Below are positions 49,764-64,000 of a stretch of 64,000 nucleotides of DNA, in pieces (within the stretch, counting starts at the first letter, position 1; each line of letters starts with the position of its first letter). The translations under genes and the position numbers were made by a program. Source of the stretch: Azolla caroliniana. Lineage: Eukaryota; Plantae; Polypodiophyta. The notes below the pieces were generated by a model that was given only the letters and a program-made list of their open reading frames with translations, made no database searches and was not told the origin of the DNA. The DNA is taken from contig JBHGNT010000006.1 in the NCBI GenBank assembly GCA_043228905.1, forward strand, positions 3,472,001-3,536,000. Direction: 5' to 3'.

Positions 49764-52700
49764 ATGCCTGTATGATTCGTAATCATAGGATAATAATGTC
49801 TTCAAGATTTCTCTTGTCCATTCGGGAACTTCGAGGCGATTAAAACAGTTTAGCAATCTTCTTGCTCAAAATATTGGGTATTTTTTTGATACCCGCTACT
49901 TTATTTTCGAAGCTGTTTTCTTCTGAGGCTTTTGTAGAGCTCTCGTAATATCAACTCATTAACATGCCGTTCTGAAACTATGATGTAATTTGACGAATAT
50001 TTTTGACTGGTCTGTAACAACCTTTGGTCATGGTGGATTCACTTTCTAGAATAAGGCAGCTTCTTCTCGTTTACCTTAAAGTGGCTTGTGAGATCTCACA
50101 TTGTTTTAGAGTTTACTTCGTGTGAATGAGGGTCAAAGCATCTGAACAAGATGCACAATTGCAGGTTTCTTAAGTGGACACTTGTTTTCCAAAGTATGAT
50201 AATAAAGATTTGGACAAATTACATACATAGATAATAGAGTGGCTACAAGTGCAGTGCAAACATTTTAAGATGGATTCATGGGCAGTTTTTGATCTTGTTT
50301 GATCAAGAAGAATGTAAATGGGAAAGACTGAACTTTTTTTGAGAAAAAAACAAGCACGAGTCTTGGAAGGATTGTTGTAATCATGATGTTGGGGAGTGGT
50401 CTTTCCCTAGTTAATGAAACTGGGGAGGAACAAACTTTGTAATTGGCTGGATGTGAAAAAGGGGTTTGTAAGAGGAGTAAGATCAAAACCAACTATCCCT
50501 TAAAAAGTTCAATTGTATTGATGTTTGTGGTCATCAATACATCAAAAGAGGTCAATTTTAAAGAGGTTAAGTGAATTGTTGGTGCTTAGTTGGATGTGAA
50601 GGGTAGAAAAAATTGGATGATTCACAATACTCTAATGTTGATTGATGAATATGTTGTGATATGTGCAAAAACATTAGCTTTTTGTAATATTAGATTGGTA
50701 TTTGAGTAAATGCTACATTTGTCTTATAATAGCAAACTACATGGCACACTATCATGTGGATTTATGAAAATGTCTTATCTTTGGGCTTTTGAGCAATTGA
50801 TATTGTAATAGTATGTCCATGGACATCTAAGTTAGAAGTTACCATTCTAATAATATCAATATGATTTAAAATATACATACCATGAAATTGTGGGTTATGC
50901 ATACAATCCTAGTGGTGCTTCTGACTATATTGTGCCCTAATTTTTGTCAAATACTTTACGTTCATACGACGATCTAATTGTTACCACTTTGGATCATACA
51001 TACACAAAGAACATTGTAATCAATCGAGGCACTTAGATGCATCCATTGAATCCACAACCCTTCTCCTAGTTATTTATCCAAGCGATGGTACAAATTTTCC
51101 ACTTGAGATTAAATATGCACATCTAGTTGGCTATGGTTTAATTACGTTTCTAGGAAATTTTCATAAAATGTATGCTAGTTATTGAGATGATCCATTCACA
51201 ATTCACAATTTGCAAAATCATCATAGCAAACCTACTGACATTTATGTATGAAAAGCACGAATGCCTAAATAACGACTATCTATAGAATTGCAAGAGTGTC
51301 GTTTAATATAATATCATCATGAAAACCATAAAATTTCCCCAACCTGTAACAAAAGAGGATTTTTTTTATCTTCAGACAATGTCCTTATCTAGTATTCAGC
51401 TACATGATAACGTATTGTTAAAATAGTATTGGGTTTTCAGCAAGGCTAGTTAGTAGTTAGAGTGGTGAAAAGGGGTTAAGGAGATGGAAAATAGTTAGTG
51501 AGATAAGGAGCTAGGTAGAGATGGAAATAGGCCATATGGATGGGAAGATTATTAGAAGTTTAAAAAGAGTTTAGATAGATGAAAAATGATTTCATTGGAC
51601 ACATATAATGCTTTGTTATGTCTACAAAAATGATCCAACATGTTTTGTTATGTGTATAAAAACCATCCCGTTTTTGGAAAAAAAAAAACCCATCCTGCAT
51701 TCATAAACTTCAAATGGTGTTTGTGTGAGGAATTCGCATAGGAAAATCACACTTATGAAATGTCGCAACCCAAAATTGAAAGTAAAATGTTTTTAAACTT
51801 GACAAAAAAGTGGGACTTAGGTGTGCATAGATTCAAGAAAACTCATATTTTTTCTCCATTATGTGGAAGCAATATCCTAATCTACGAAAGATCAAAATAG
51901 AAGACTAGAAAAACAAAGGTCCTCACGCTAACTTCATATTGGTTGATTACCTAGAGACATCCACATTCCAACATTTGAACTCTTCGTAGATTGCATGATT
52001 GAAGATTCAGAGAAAACATTCTCTATCAAAACACACTCCCACATGAAACATCCACGACTACCTTGTGATATTCTCACTAGTGGAAAAGTTAGCATACTAA
52101 GTTTCCCCCGCTTGATGCAAATTGGTGTGAACCAAAGGGCGCACACCCCATATATTCAAATCCAAAGGTTCAATAGTTAAATGATAAATCCAAATTGCTC
52201 CATATGATGCTTGCAAGTGGTTAAAACGAGGACTCGATGGAGGGTTACCTTTTGTTTTGGAACCGGATAACACATAAAATTCTAAACATTACATCCTCTC
52301 CACAATGTTAAAAGAACAAGGGGTCTCTGAAATTCCTACATTCTAACAAATGCAAGCCAGAAAGAACGAGATAAGATTGTATGGAGAGAGCGAGTAGGTA
52401 ATAAAGGGGAGATTGGGCAACACTGATGGATAAGATAGAGAGAGACAAGAAGGATATGAAATCTCGTGGCATTTTTCCAAAGGTATTTCTACGAGTCCTT
52501 TGATAACTGTTTCCATTGACGAAGTCAAGTGACGATTGTTATCGAAGCACTTGACATATGAGTGTAGAGCGATCCTATGAAGGAAACTGATGTTGGAGAC
52601 ACACATACACACAAAGACACAGATACAGACACGGACACGGACACGGACACACACACAAGCATTTGGGGCATCAAGTTTTTGTGGTGTTGTGTTGGGTTCA

Positions 52701-52855
52701 AAAAAAGCACATAAGCTTTTTTTGTTTTTGGGTGGTGGGAAGAATGCAGAGTATGTAAAAAGAAACAATAAAAGATTGATACCAAATGAAAAGGGAAGAA
52801 GAAGACATATGTATATTATTAGGAACAAAAAACAAATGTGAGTGGGGGGGGTTCA

Positions 52856-52903
52856 TACATACATACATACTATGTATGTATGTATGTATGTATGTATGTA
52901 TGT
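52856..52903. repeat. Head-to-head (TACA)n/(TATG)n microsatellite upstream of the hydrolase gene
   Basis: tacatacatacatac followed by tatgtatgtatg...; the two arms are self-complementary. Confidence 0.85.
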
Positions 52904-53501
52904 AGTGTGAGTGGGGGCTTCTGTGCAGACACAGAAACAGAGACACTCACTCACTCACTCACACAGAGACTCCTCAGAGGCAGAGAAACAGAGAGAAAGA
53001 CAGTCAGAGACAGACACAGATCAAACACACTTCATTTCTACCATATTCATCTTCAAGGGAGCGGGAGCTGCCCCCCCCCTTCTCTGTGTCTCCATCCCTC
53101 TCCTCTTCTGCTCTGATCAGGTCAGTTTGTGCTCTCGTTTTAATCTTCCTCTTTCTATGGTTTTTCCCTCCCGTTCGCTATGTAAATCCAGCAATTTACG
53201 AAAATGGAGCTGAAAAGGAAACGCCTTTCTCTTGTGCATTTTCTTTTTCAAATGCAAATGCTCACGCCATTTTCCTTATATATTCATTTCCCCTGTTTTG
53301 TTTCTTTCTAAAGATATATAGACTTATTTCTTTCTCCATTTGTTTTGGTTTTCGCATTTTTCTCTTGTGCGCCTCTACAGATACTTGGGTATATTCACGA
53401 TGACCTATCAACATTCTGTATACAAACATATACATACATAAGCCAGTAGTATATTGTGTAGCTCTCATTGCAACAAGTGAACACCACACTACCTTTTTCA
53501 G

Positions 53502-56500
53502 ATGGACAGAGATGGATCTTATGAAGAAGTAAAAGAGTCGAGATTTCCCATATCTTCTCAGGGCACAAATGACCAATGGTCTGATCAACGTGATGGTGAT
53601 GTGTGGGACCACTCAATCCACGGTGATAATGCTGAGGACTTCACAAACGTGATTGCGGAAAATGAATCCTTGGTAGAACAAGATACGCTTGAGAAGGCAT
53701 GGAACTGGAGTGTCGAAGTATCATCTTGGGTTTGGGATAAAGTGGAGCCCATTCTCATTGATCATTTGCCAGAAGAAAAGAACCCCCTTTGGGTCTTTGG
53801 AATCTTTGTTTTCGTAGTCTTCGCCATGCTAGCAGGTTTTGTTTTAAACTCCTTCTTGTGTCTAGAGCGAGAGCGAGAGAGAGAGAAAGAAAGAAATATT
53901 GACATCTCTTAAGGTTCGAAAATGTGCTCCATTGTAAAGGAATCCCTTGTGGGTCCATTTGCTGATCACCAAACCTTTTTAATTTACACTAACGACACCT
54001 TGTAACACTTCTATCCAGTTAGTTTGATGTGATTGCACTTGCCTAATCTTATCATGGGTTTTGGTCAAGATTGTTGTATTTTAGAAATAAAATTCATTTC
54101 TATGAAGCAGTTGAGGATACCAGAGGGATAACGCAGCATATGGCTATTCTGTCTTTGGAATTTCAAAAAGCATATGTTGGGTTACCAAGCGTGCAGGCAT
54201 ATATTTTCTTTTTCTATGCACTCCAAGGTTCATATCTTCTGTTTGCCTATGCACATACTGTCTGCTTTGCTAGCTGACCAAAACTTACACGAGTAAGAGT
54301 TTACTGATGGTACTTCTGGTGACACATGCATGTGTCTTGGATCTAATGTTAGTACTTCTGTCTAATACTCCATGCAGAAATTGGTTCAGTGTTTCTCTGT
54401 GCATTTATCTTTCTGGAAAGCAATATCTAATGGGGGTTCTTTTAGCTGCTGTAGGGCACACCACTTCATTTTGGATGTTATTAGCAAAATATGTTCATCG
54501 TGTCCTAGATTCCCTGGCCAATGCATTGTCTTTGGTTGTGGGTTTGATTTGTGTACATTTGATTTCCACATGAGAGGATTTATTTTATGTCACTTTTTTC
54601 CAATGTGAATGAATTCAATCTCACAAATTACTGATTAAAACTCATGTTTAATATGTAAACACTTAAACATTACATTACATGTAGTGGTAATGCTTTTGCT
54701 TTGCTTCAGGGTTGTGGGCTTGAAGTTTTGAGTGTTGGAATTTCTTCCATTGTCAAAATCTTTCATATTCTTAGTTTAAGATGATGTTCATAACAAAAGT
54801 TTGCTCCTTCAAAATGATCTTAAAAGCTTACTTTCCACAACCCAAGGGTTGAAAAATAAAGTTTATATGTACATACTATGGTTGAATGTAGAGATCAAGC
54901 TTATTTTTGTCACTGTATATGTTTGGCAGCGTTTAGAATTGGTTCTAAACAAGTTGGAGATATCAAACAAGTGAGTTTGAGTTCTAACAAAGGAGTTAAG
55001 AGGCCTGTGGATGTGCCTTCTACTAATTTTCCACATTTGAGACTGCCAGATGGAAGGCTTGTGGTCTACCGAGAACAAGGGGTGGTTCAAGAAATTGCGC
55101 AATATACAGTTTTTGTCATTCATGGATTTCCATCCTCTCGGCTTGCAGGTCTGAATAATTCTGTCATTTCTTGGTCTTGGCTTACATGCATCTAGCACAT
55201 GTATGGAAATGACCATTCATGTATGGTGGATACATGCATAATGATAGCACACAATGCCTAGGCACACATACTTTGCGGCAATATGTTGTTATACTTACTT
55301 AAACAGGGGGTCCATGCATAATACACACCCTTTTAGTTGTGCATGGGGGATAAATGCATCACATACTATGCTCAGTCTGCATACTTTGCAACTATGTTCA
55401 CTCAAAGAGGGAGACATGGTTTTCAATATTCAATGAAGCAGATGGATTTCCTTTTAACAGGCATACCTGGAATAAAGAATAGTCTTTTGGAAGAGTTTGG
55501 TGTTCGGCTGATTACATATGATCGACCAGGTTTTGGTGAGAGTGATATTTATCGTCGGCAAAGTTTACGCACATTTGCTGAAGATCTGGCTTTCATTGCT
55601 GATACTCTTGGGGTTGGGAAGTTTTGGCTCATTGGATATTCAACAGGGGGCATATATGCTTGGGCTGCAATGAAGTATATTCCCCATCGATTGGAAGGTG
55701 GATCTTCTAAAGTCCTCACTTCATGGAGATGATATATAAATTTTTATATATTGCTTGACTTGAATAAATTTGATGAAGAGAAGAAGAGCACAAGAGACGT
55801 TTGATTTCTATTATGATATAAAATCTCCGGTTAAAGTTCAAATATCATATGCATATTGATGCTTATGGATTTATTTATTTGTTACCTCAATAGGTGTAGG
55901 CATGTTTGCACCTGGAGGGAATCTCTATTCCCCAAATATGACTGAGCAAGAGATCAGTCAGATATGGGCACCAATGAATTTTCGACGGAAGTTACTATAC
56001 AGGGTTGCTCGATGGCTGCCGTCACTTCTACCATTTGTTTGCAAAAAGATGCTTGTTGGCAATATTGAGAAACTCTTCAATGATTACCTTGTCATCACTG
56101 GAAAGGTTGAATAAATTTCAGCTTCACCATACATGCATGCATGGGCATATTGAATTTTATGCATACATGCATGATGCAAGGCCATAATGCCTTTACTTGC
56201 CGCTTCACATGCTTTCTTCATATTCTTCTGTATCAATGTAAAGACCAAATGATTACATATTCCAACATTTTATAAAAATTGGATCCTTCATTACATAATT
56301 CTACTTTTTACAAGGTTACGTAATTTACAATATTTACATGAAAAATAAATATTCTGGTTCTTTTCTACTGCTTGGATTTCAATGATTTAATATTTACACT
56401 CTGGTTCTTTTCTAGTGCTTAGATTTCAATGATTTAATACTTAGACACAAGATGATTTTGTATGATGCAACTGACTGACACATGTTTTGCAGGATCAAAT

Positions 56501-57318
56501 ATTCATGCAACAGAATTTCTTTATGAAGGCGGTGACGACGGACATAGAACAATCTATTCGGCAAGGTGATGCTGCTACCATTGCACATGAACTTTCTATC
56601 CAAGTCCATCCCTGGGGGTTCGATCTCTCTGAGTTTCGTGTGAGAAAGAGAGTGCCACCATCTGGTATATTTCACCGTATGCGACGTCTTTGGAAGCAAG
56701 AAGAAGAAGTATGGGAAGGTTTCAGTGAGCCTATTCACATTTGGCAAGTACGATCATTCTCTCCCTTGCCCTTTTTCTTATATAATCTTAACTGAGTGTG
56801 AAGAACAGGGTTATCCATACCAATGATGAACACAACATAATAATAATGTTCTAAAGGACTAAGCATAATGACTAAGGTGTCGTTGAATTCCTGGACAAAG
56901 TCATTCTGAAGAATCTTGAACGGGTGTTGAGCTCCTTGTAGTTATGGCAATGATGACCAATTACACCTTTTGCTTTATAAAATTCGTAACTGAGATGTTG
57001 AATGTTACACCACAGTTTCTTTGTCTGTGTATATGATTTATGGTTTTTTTATGATTTCCTTGATAGGGCATGGAAGATCAGATTGTGCCTTACACAATCA
57101 ATGAATTTGCTGCCCGAATGGTGCCGCAAGCAGTCCTCCATAAGTTGGAAGGCGAGGGCCATTTCACATATTTTTGGTTTTGTGACAAATGTCACCGGAA
57201 TATATTCTTAACCTTGTTCAAGGAACCCAAGGGTGTGAGAGTCGCTGTCACCGAACCTTCTGTATCCATTGATCTAGACAGATTTTTTCAAACTTATGAA
57301 CAACACATACACAAATGA
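53502..57318 (+). CDS. Alpha/beta hydrolase (Abhydrolase_1) with acidic N-terminus and one TM helix (~502 aa, 6 coding exons)
   Basis: Exons 53502-53835, 54930-55148, 55461-55697, 55894-56105, 56493-56747 and 57067-57318. Motifs: LPDGRLVVYREQG, HGFPSSRLAG, LITYDRPGFGES, nucleophile GYSTG, IHIWQGMEDQIVP (Asp), EGHF (His). TM segment PLWVFGIFVFVVFAMLA. Probable 5' UTR intron 53121-53501 (cag|gtcagt...ttttcag|ATG). Confidence 0.92.
56353..56445. repeat. ~48-bp tandem duplication in a hydrolase intron
   Basis: tctggttcttttcta.tgctt.gatttcaatgatttaata occurs twice. Confidence 0.85.
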
Positions 57319-58529
57319 ATCTAGCTATACCTTTCTTTTTTGCACTGTAACTCTATGCAAAGTGAACTTTACTTGATGCAAGGTGATTTGTCAACAAATA
57401 CACAAATGAATTGGTGTCAGTGTTGTTCCCCTGTCTGTCTCTTTTTGTTAGGACTATCTCTGAAAAGTGTTGTTTCACCATGAGAAAACAGGTGTGTTAT
57501 TTATGAAAATCAAACAGACAATCGTGTAAAAATCTTTGAGGGGTATTATGTCACATTGTCTATCACACTCTTGGAAAGAAGTGGTTTGTGTATCTTCACG
57601 ATGTTGATGTCTTGGGTCTGTAGTTCTGCACATTAGTGGTGTCCAAGATTAATGAATCGGACATGGAATGGTATTAAATTATTTTTATGAATGATGTTTG
57701 GTCACATACTCTTGATGGTAGAATCTTGCTTAGCTGTTTGTCTTCTTAGGGTACTTGATGATGGAATCTTTCTTAATTATATGTAAATGTAAGCATACAA
57801 ACATGACATTGGACAAAAGCAAACCTTTTTGGGATGGGGATCATATTTTATTTGTGTAGCACAAAGGTTTGCATACAAGATCCCTAAAATAAACCACTCT
57901 GCAAACGGACCGGCTAAACTTGCACTATTCTTTCCAAGAGTGACATTAAGTCTTGCATGTTGTTCGCATGGAGACGATGAATCATATTACTCATAGTGTA
58001 TAAGCCACTGAGAGTAATGTAACATTGTACTTAAGTCTTCAAATGGCCAAAGTGATACGTGAGATCAAACTTTACATCCATCCATTGAGATTTGCCACTC
58101 ATAAGAAGAAGGAATGTACAAGTAGGTTGGTATGTTAAATTTTATCTTAGTAGCTATGTTTAAACAATTCCATTCGGGACCATGTGCCCCTTCATTTCAA
58201 TATAAGCCTCACGGGGAACGTACAAACATCTTAGGTACCATGGCTAAACATGATTACATACTACATCAAGGAAATCTCCCATGACAAAGTTAAGTACAAT
58301 TGTTGTAGTTATCAGTGACCCTTGCAAGGAGGGGTAACAAGACAGATAATCGCTCGGGATTTCACTCATCAAGAATGGAAGCCCGCATATCTCCCAAAAC
58401 TCTGGCATAACTAGTTATCACTCGGCAATGAAAAGGTAATGATTGATGTGTGTCGTGACGAGCGGTTACAGAGAGCTGTAGGTAGGCCTGGTTTAGTGAG
58501 GGGCCATTTCTATAATTACTATTTAACAT

Positions 58530-58567
58530 TGGGCCTGAAAAATTAACAAGAGTATTGAAAACCCTAA
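58530..58567 (+). promoter_or_regulatory. Site II (TGGGCC) plus telo-box (AAACCCTAA) module
   Basis: TGGGCC at 58530-58535 and AAACCCTAA at 58559-58567, about 100 bp upstream of the CBF5 ATG. This module is typical of plant ribosome-biogenesis genes. Confidence 0.75.
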
Positions 58568-58666
58568 AATGTTGAGTTCCTCAAAAACCCTTACAAAAGC
58601 CCTTTTCTCTCGAAACAGAGCAGGGAAAGCTTCTCAAAGCAAAATTTTGAAGCAGAAGCAGCAGCC

Positions 58667-60511
58667 ATGGCTTCTGTGGAGAAGACAAAGAAGAAATCCC
58701 AGAACGGCACTGGAGAAGTAAAAGGTCTTCTAGGAGAAGAGCAAGCTTCCACAGACTACCTCATCAAACCCCAGTCATTTACTCCATCTCTAGATACATC
58801 AAAATGGCCTCTTCTTCTGAAGAATTACGACAAATTGAATGTCAGGACAGGTCACTACACACCCCTACCAACAGGGCATTCGCCTCTGAAGAGGCCTCTA
58901 TTCGACTATGTAAGGTATGGTGTCATAAACCTTGATAAACCTGCTAATCCTTCCTCTCACGAAGTGGTAGCCTGGATCAAGAGGATACTAAGGGTAGATA
59001 AGACTGGTCATAGTGGTACATTAGACCCGAAGGTCACTGGATCACTCATAGTTTGTGTGGACAGAGCGACCAGACTCGTGAAGGCGCAACAAGGTGCTGG
59101 GAAAGAGTATGTTTGTGTGGCCAGATTGCATTCTAAGGTAGAAGATGTAACCAAAGTAGCACGTGCAATTGAGACCCTCACTGGTGCCCTGTTCCAAAGA
59201 CCTCCACTCATCTCAGCTGTGAAGCGGCAGCTTAGAATTAGAACTATCTATGAGAGCAAGCTCCTTGAATATGATGTCAATCGACACCTTGTTGTGTTTT
59301 GGGTCTCGTGTGAAGCTGGTACTTACATACGGACACTTTGTGTCCATCTTGGTTTGCTTCTTGGAGTTGGGGGTCACATGCAAGAGCTAAGGCGTGTTCG
59401 ATCAGGTATCTTAGGAGAGAAAGAGAACCTGGTTTCCATGCATGATGTTCTTGATGCTCAGTGGGTTTATGATAATCATAAAGATGAGACTTACCTCCGA
59501 CGTGTTATAATGCCTCTTGAGGTTCTTCTAACAAGCTACAAAAGGCTTGTGGTTAAAGATTCAGCTGTGAATGCCATTTGTTATGGTGCAAAGCTTATGA
59601 TTCCGGGGCTTTTAAGATATGAGAATGCGGTAGAAGTAGGGGAAGAGGTTGTTTTGATGACTACTAAAGGAGAAGCAATTGCTCTTGGTATTGCTCAAAT
59701 GACTACGGCTGTGATGGCCACTTGTGACCATGGTGTCGTCGCAAAGGTGAAGAGAGTGGTTATGGAAAGAGACACTTACCCTAGGAAATGGGGTCTTGGA
59801 CCTCGTGCTTCAATGAAAAAGAAGCTTATTTCTGAGGGTTTGCTTGATAAGCATGGGAAACCGAATGAAAAGACACCGAAAGAATGGCTAAGGAATGTGA
59901 TTGAGATGGAACCAATGGCTGCTGGTGAGGATGCGGAAATTGCGAAGCTCGCTGCTACACCATTCACCCCCATTGGGATGAGGGTATCAGATAAAATAGA
60001 GGCTGCTGCAGATATGGAGATCACTCCTTCAGAAAGCAAGAAGAAGAAGAAGAAGAAGAAAGATAAGGGAGAGGGAGATGATGCAGGTAACGATAAGAAA
60101 CGGAAGCAAGAAGTTCGGAGCCCTATGTTGATCAGTCCTGATGTGGTTCCTAGTAAAAAGAAGGTTAAGCAAGATAGTGTTGATGTTGAAGGAAGTGAGA
60201 AGAAGAAGAAGAAAAAGAAAAAGGAGCAAATTGAAGGTAGTGAGGATGTTGAGGAAAAGGAGACCGGTGAAGATGACTCAGAGAAAAGTGATAAGAAAAA
60301 GAAGAAGAAGAAGAAGAACAAGGATGAAGTCGATTCCTCAGATGAAGAGCCAAGTTCTGCCGAGAAGAAGAAGAAGAAGAAGAAACAGAAAGATGCTGAT
60401 AGTGGGGAGCAAAAGGAGGGGAATGAAGAAGGAACTATTGAGAAGAAGAAAAAGAAGAAAGAAGGAACAAGTGAGAAGAAGAAGAAGAAACCGAAAGACG
60501 ATGATGAATAG
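58667..60511 (+). CDS. CBF5: H/ACA snoRNP pseudouridine synthase CBF5/NAP57/dyskerin (614 aa, intronless)
   Basis: DKCLD ([20 protein letters not shown]), TruB ([25 protein letters not shown] with catalytic Asp), PUA ([18 protein letters not shown]), [11 protein letters not shown] and a long KKE/D tail. Confidence 0.98.
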   Translation: MASVEKTKKKSQNGTGEVKGLLGEEQASTDYLIKPQSFTPSLDTSKWPLLLKNYDKLNVRTGHYTPLPTGHSPLKRPLFDYVRYGVINLDKPANPSSHEVVAWIKRILRVDKTGHSGTLDPKVTGSLIVCVDRATRLVKAQQGAGKEYVCVARLHSKVEDVTKVARAIETLTGALFQRPPLISAVKRQLRIRTIYESKLLEYDVNRHLVVFWVSCEAGTYIRTLCVHLGLLLGVGGHMQELRRVRSGILGEKENLVSMHDVLDAQWVYDNHKDETYLRRVIMPLEVLLTSYKRLVVKDSAVNAICYGAKLMIPGLLRYENAVEVGEEVVLMTTKGEAIALGIAQMTTAVMATCDHGVVAKVKRVVMERDTYPRKWGLGPRASMKKKLISEGLLDKHGKPNEKTPKEWLRNVIEMEPMAAGEDAEIAKLAATPFTPIGMRVSDKIEAAADMEITPSESKKKKKKKKDKGEGDDAGNDKKRKQEVRSPMLISPDVVPSKKKVKQDSVDVEGSEKKKKKKKKEQIEGSEDVEEKETGEDDSEKSDKKKKKKKKNKDEVDSSDEEPSSAEKKKKKKKQKDADSGEQKEGNEEGTIEKKKKKKEGTSEKKKKKPKDDDE

Positions 60512-62240
60512 GTAGTCAAATTGTGTCTTTAGTGAGAAGAATTACTCATTGCCATTTGGCATGAACTTCTTACACTTGGTGTTTGAGCTCTCGTGTTAAT
60601 GATTAGTTGCAAGAGTTTTTTTATAATATTCATGGTTCAAATGAGTTTTGAAGTGTTGTAGTTCTTAGTGTATTTCGATGATGTGCAAAATAGAGAAACT
60701 ATGATGAGTGTCTAACACCTTGCACATGTACTTTTCATGTAAGCTGACTTGATTTAGCCTGCACTAATTTTTCCTGTGAGGATCAATCATTGTAGTATGT
60801 GTTGGGCAAATCAAACTTCTCCTCTAATTTTGGATGATAATGAAATGATCTGAAGAATTGATTGATTGGTCTCATCTGAATGGGGCGTATAAACTGCCAT
60901 TTATATGAGTTGTCTTGATGAGCTTATATTTGTAAGAATAATAGTTGCGTGATTTAATAGTTCTCTTCATGGTCAGTACAATTCATGTTGGGTTGGTAGT
61001 CCTTTCGAGGATTTGTCTGTACCAATTCGATCTCTCGAATAGGTTAATGAAAGAAATCCTGACACCACGGATGATTGGATTCAGTTTTACCATCGTTGAT
61101 GTCATGGCTATGCACTGACTTGAGTAGTGAGGGTTTCAGAAAATTTTGTACTACCTCACCTCACATGATATTGTCGAATTTATGAGCTTTACTCAACAGA
61201 GTATGTGTATTGAAAACTAAGCAAATAGTTATGGGCTGAATCAAGCAAGTGTCTCGTCCTTAATTATTGATTTTTGTTGGGGCAATCACCTCCCTTGATC
61301 CTGGCCACCTCGAATAAGATGATCAACAAACCTATTCTTATCCACCAAGGGTTTTCCAATTGTCTTTATCCTACGAAGATCATTGCTATGAAAACCAACT
61401 ACCTATCACATCAAAAGTTACATCATGTGTTGAAATTCTTAGAGTACATGATACAATACATGCTCAATATCATAGGAGTAATATTGATAACTTGTCCCCT
61501 TCATTGAACACGTGAAGTGCACATCAACTTGTAACGATGAAAATATTATATATCGTTGTGAGAAAGGAGAAATTTTCCATAATAAGAAGCACAACTTGTC
61601 AAAATGAGAGGAAAAAGTCACCAAGTTGAACATATAGGTATAGGAATAAGATTCATCACGTCAACATTGTATGATGAGGTACTATGACAAAAAAACATTA
61701 GTGTTCGATGCAAAATATGCATAACCAATGAATCTCTACCTTATGCCCCAATGCTTAGTCCCATACCAAAGAGAATGTATATTAAGTTCTCTGGAAGCAA
61801 TGGTGTGGATGGTAGAAATGGGAATGCATTTGTTTGGTTTGCACATTTAGACAATAAAGTAGTTTTGTTATTTGGTGCAACATATGAAATATAACATGTT
61901 CAAGCCTCTACAACTCCCCCAAACATTGATAACTTGCATTTCAGAAAATCTTGATTTGTTGCATTTCAAAAAATCCTGATGCATTAAAACTGAAACATCA
62001 AAAAATAAGTGTCACAAATCCCGTCTTCTAAACTGTTTCTTCATGCGTTCACACACTTCTATTGGATCTCAGTGACTATATACACATTCAATTGACTAAA
62101 TTACTCAAGTACTTTTCTTAGATTTTGATGGTGAGGACATATCCAATATAGGTTTACCACAAATTGAAGAAAAAGAAGGAAAATTCAAAGAGTCATGTTG
62201 TCCAAAAATTGCCAATTGTCATTTTTATTGTCTTCAAAGA

Positions 62241-63620
62241 GAACTAGAATTAGAATTAGAATTGTTATCGTCCATAAAGAGGCCAATTTTGACCTATGGA
62301 ACCAGAGTATATATGTGTTCTTGATATATGTCTCCTTCCTAAGAAGGGGTATTCATATGTTGAAGCACAAAGTCTCTATGTGTTAGTAAAGCATACACAT
62401 ATGAGCTCAACCTTCTAGGTGGTGTCTTAAGTATGGCACTTAAGTTATCACTCCCTCTTAGTATGTCAACATATCTTGAATGAATTGCACTATATGTCGA
62501 GCATGTGAAGAGCAAGTGACATTCATCCTCTACCATGCCTTCATTGCATACTTTACATGTCTTCAAATTCGTTACATTTTGATACCATGATGCAACTTCA
62601 ATACCTAACTTGTGAGATCGAGTGCGAAGTGATGTAAGGGCTCTACGAGCATTACTACTCATATTGGTAATGAGATAAGGCTAGATACGATCAATAGACA
62701 TTCTTGCTTTATATTGAGACCAACATTCAGGGTTGACATTTGCAATGTAGTATTCTAGCTTTGTCCTCTTAACATCCTCCCACTTCATCCTTAATGATTC
62801 CACCAACCTTTCCTCAATCATTACATACTGCATAGCATTGCCCGAAAGCTCTAAAAGATCATCCACACCCCATCTTCTAAACCATTTCCTTATGTCAACA
62901 ACCCAACCAGATGAGAGAATCTTACTTTTATGATTCTTTTGTAGCTTACATCCAACATTCCAAGCAAGATGTGGTAATCAATGATTCGGCATATTCTTGA
63001 CTTTTGTGATGTATTTATATACTCTTTGGAGTGCCAATAGTTCTATGGGTCGAAAACCCGTTTCCAAGAGCATAACCTGGTAAGAGGTGGTGCATTTAAC
63101 TCCTAATTGCCTCCTTAAAAACACCTTCTGAATTTTCTCAATCTCGTTCCATGCATTAAGAGAGATGGTGCCACCCCATACTTCTACTCCATAAAGCAAT
63201 ACTTGAGTTACCATGGCATTGAACAACATTAGTTTTACTTCCCATCCACAAGTATCACTTTGGTTGCATTGGTTCTCCAAAAGGTAATATGATTTCCAAC
63301 CAACTTGGAGTCTAGAATCAAAGCATGCACTCCATTTATTTGTGGCGGGTACATCAATACCAAGATATTTAAAGCTTTGAACAAATTGTATATGTTCACC
63401 TTTATATGTGAGCATAGGGTAATGATGAGGTTGGATGGTTTGCACTACCATCATTTTTGTTTTCTCCACATTCACTGATAGTCCACTACTATGGCAAATT
63501 TCTTCTAATACCCCAAGTAAATGTTGCATACTATCAACATCATATGAGAAAAGTACCACAAAGTAGTGATAGAAATAAGGAATCTTGTGTTGTTGGCATC
63601 CACATACTCAACACACATTG
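62241..63620 (-). mobile_element. Decayed 5'-truncated RTEX-like LINE
   Basis: RT end (GLSVNVEKTKMMV, SFKYLGI, VLLYGVEVWG, EIEKIQKVFLRRQLG) and C-terminal LRTRSHKLGIE...CKVC..MVEDECHLLFTC. (TTCTAA)3 tail at 62241-62263. Confidence 0.88.
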
Positions 63621-64000
63621 CGGGTCTTCTATTGTCTTCATCATCTTCGATCTCTTCAATTGGGTGAGTTCTGGTTGTCTCTCTTGTTCATGGAAAATTG
63701 TTTTTATCCCGCATCAAAATCACATAAAGAATAATGGATATAAACATGAATTCCTCCCAAATTGTGGGGGACATGGATATGGAAACAATTGATCCAAAAA
63801 AGAATAATGTGATGGTTGAATGTAATCGTGAAAGGGAAGACATTGGAAGCTCTAAGAGGTTTAAGGGTATTGAGGAAATTAACGAGAAAAAACTGACATA
63901 TGCCAAAGTAATACATGTAGATGAGGTTGACAAGGATCATTGTAATTAAGATAATTTATGGGGAATTTCCAATACCTTGTTGTCTGATATTGCGGAAGAA

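Noticed and set aside
58667-60511. CBF5 as a processed retrocopy
   Set aside because: The ORF is intact with a proper site II/telo-box promoter and no poly(A) or TSD. As I recall, plant NAP57 coding regions are typically intronless.
12992-60511. Functional gene cluster (IVD with NDUFA5; PCF11 with CBF5)
   Set aside because: These are housekeeping genes separated by TEs with no shared regulatory evidence, so the proximity is most likely chance.
59776-60519. 247-aa Phe/Ser-rich antisense ORF
   Set aside because: It is the shadow of the (AAG)n CBF5 tail.
60670-61140. snoRNA cluster downstream of CBF5
   Set aside because: RTGATGA- and CTGA-like boxes occur, but spacing is short, terminal stems are missing and I could not identify an rRNA antisense guide. 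snoscan or Infernal would settle it.

Overview
This is eukaryotic land-plant nuclear DNA: AT-rich, with spliceosomal GT-AG introns and microsatellites. The long TE-filled introns and RTEX-like LINEs suggest a non-seed plant such as a fern, but that is inference. Six protein-coding genes could be assembled by hand from splice sites and translation: a PCF11/PCFS4-type cleavage and polyadenylation factor (-), mitochondrial isovaleryl-CoA dehydrogenase IVD (-, 16 exons, one GC-AG intron), an AT74-like histidine phosphatase (-), complex I subunit NDUFA5/B13 (+), a membrane-anchored alpha/beta hydrolase (+) and intronless CBF5/NAP57 dyskerin (+). Mobile DNA comprises a 5-kb L1-type LINE with poly(A) and an 8-bp TSD, a second L1 3' fragment, three RTEX-like LINE pieces, two related hAT-type MITEs, a probable long-TIR MITE and a 1.05-kb non-coding LTR element (TRIM) in the NDUFA5 intron. 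The most unusual structures are: (i) the TRIM, with a tRNA-Ala PBS, a 4-bp TSD and an internal array of about 8 stem-loop repeats; (ii) inverted LINE 3' ends bracketing IVD exons 8-12; (iii) a PCF11 with about 495 disordered residues before its CID and a consensus splice donor 3 nt after its stop codon. All coordinates were read by eye and no database searches were run.
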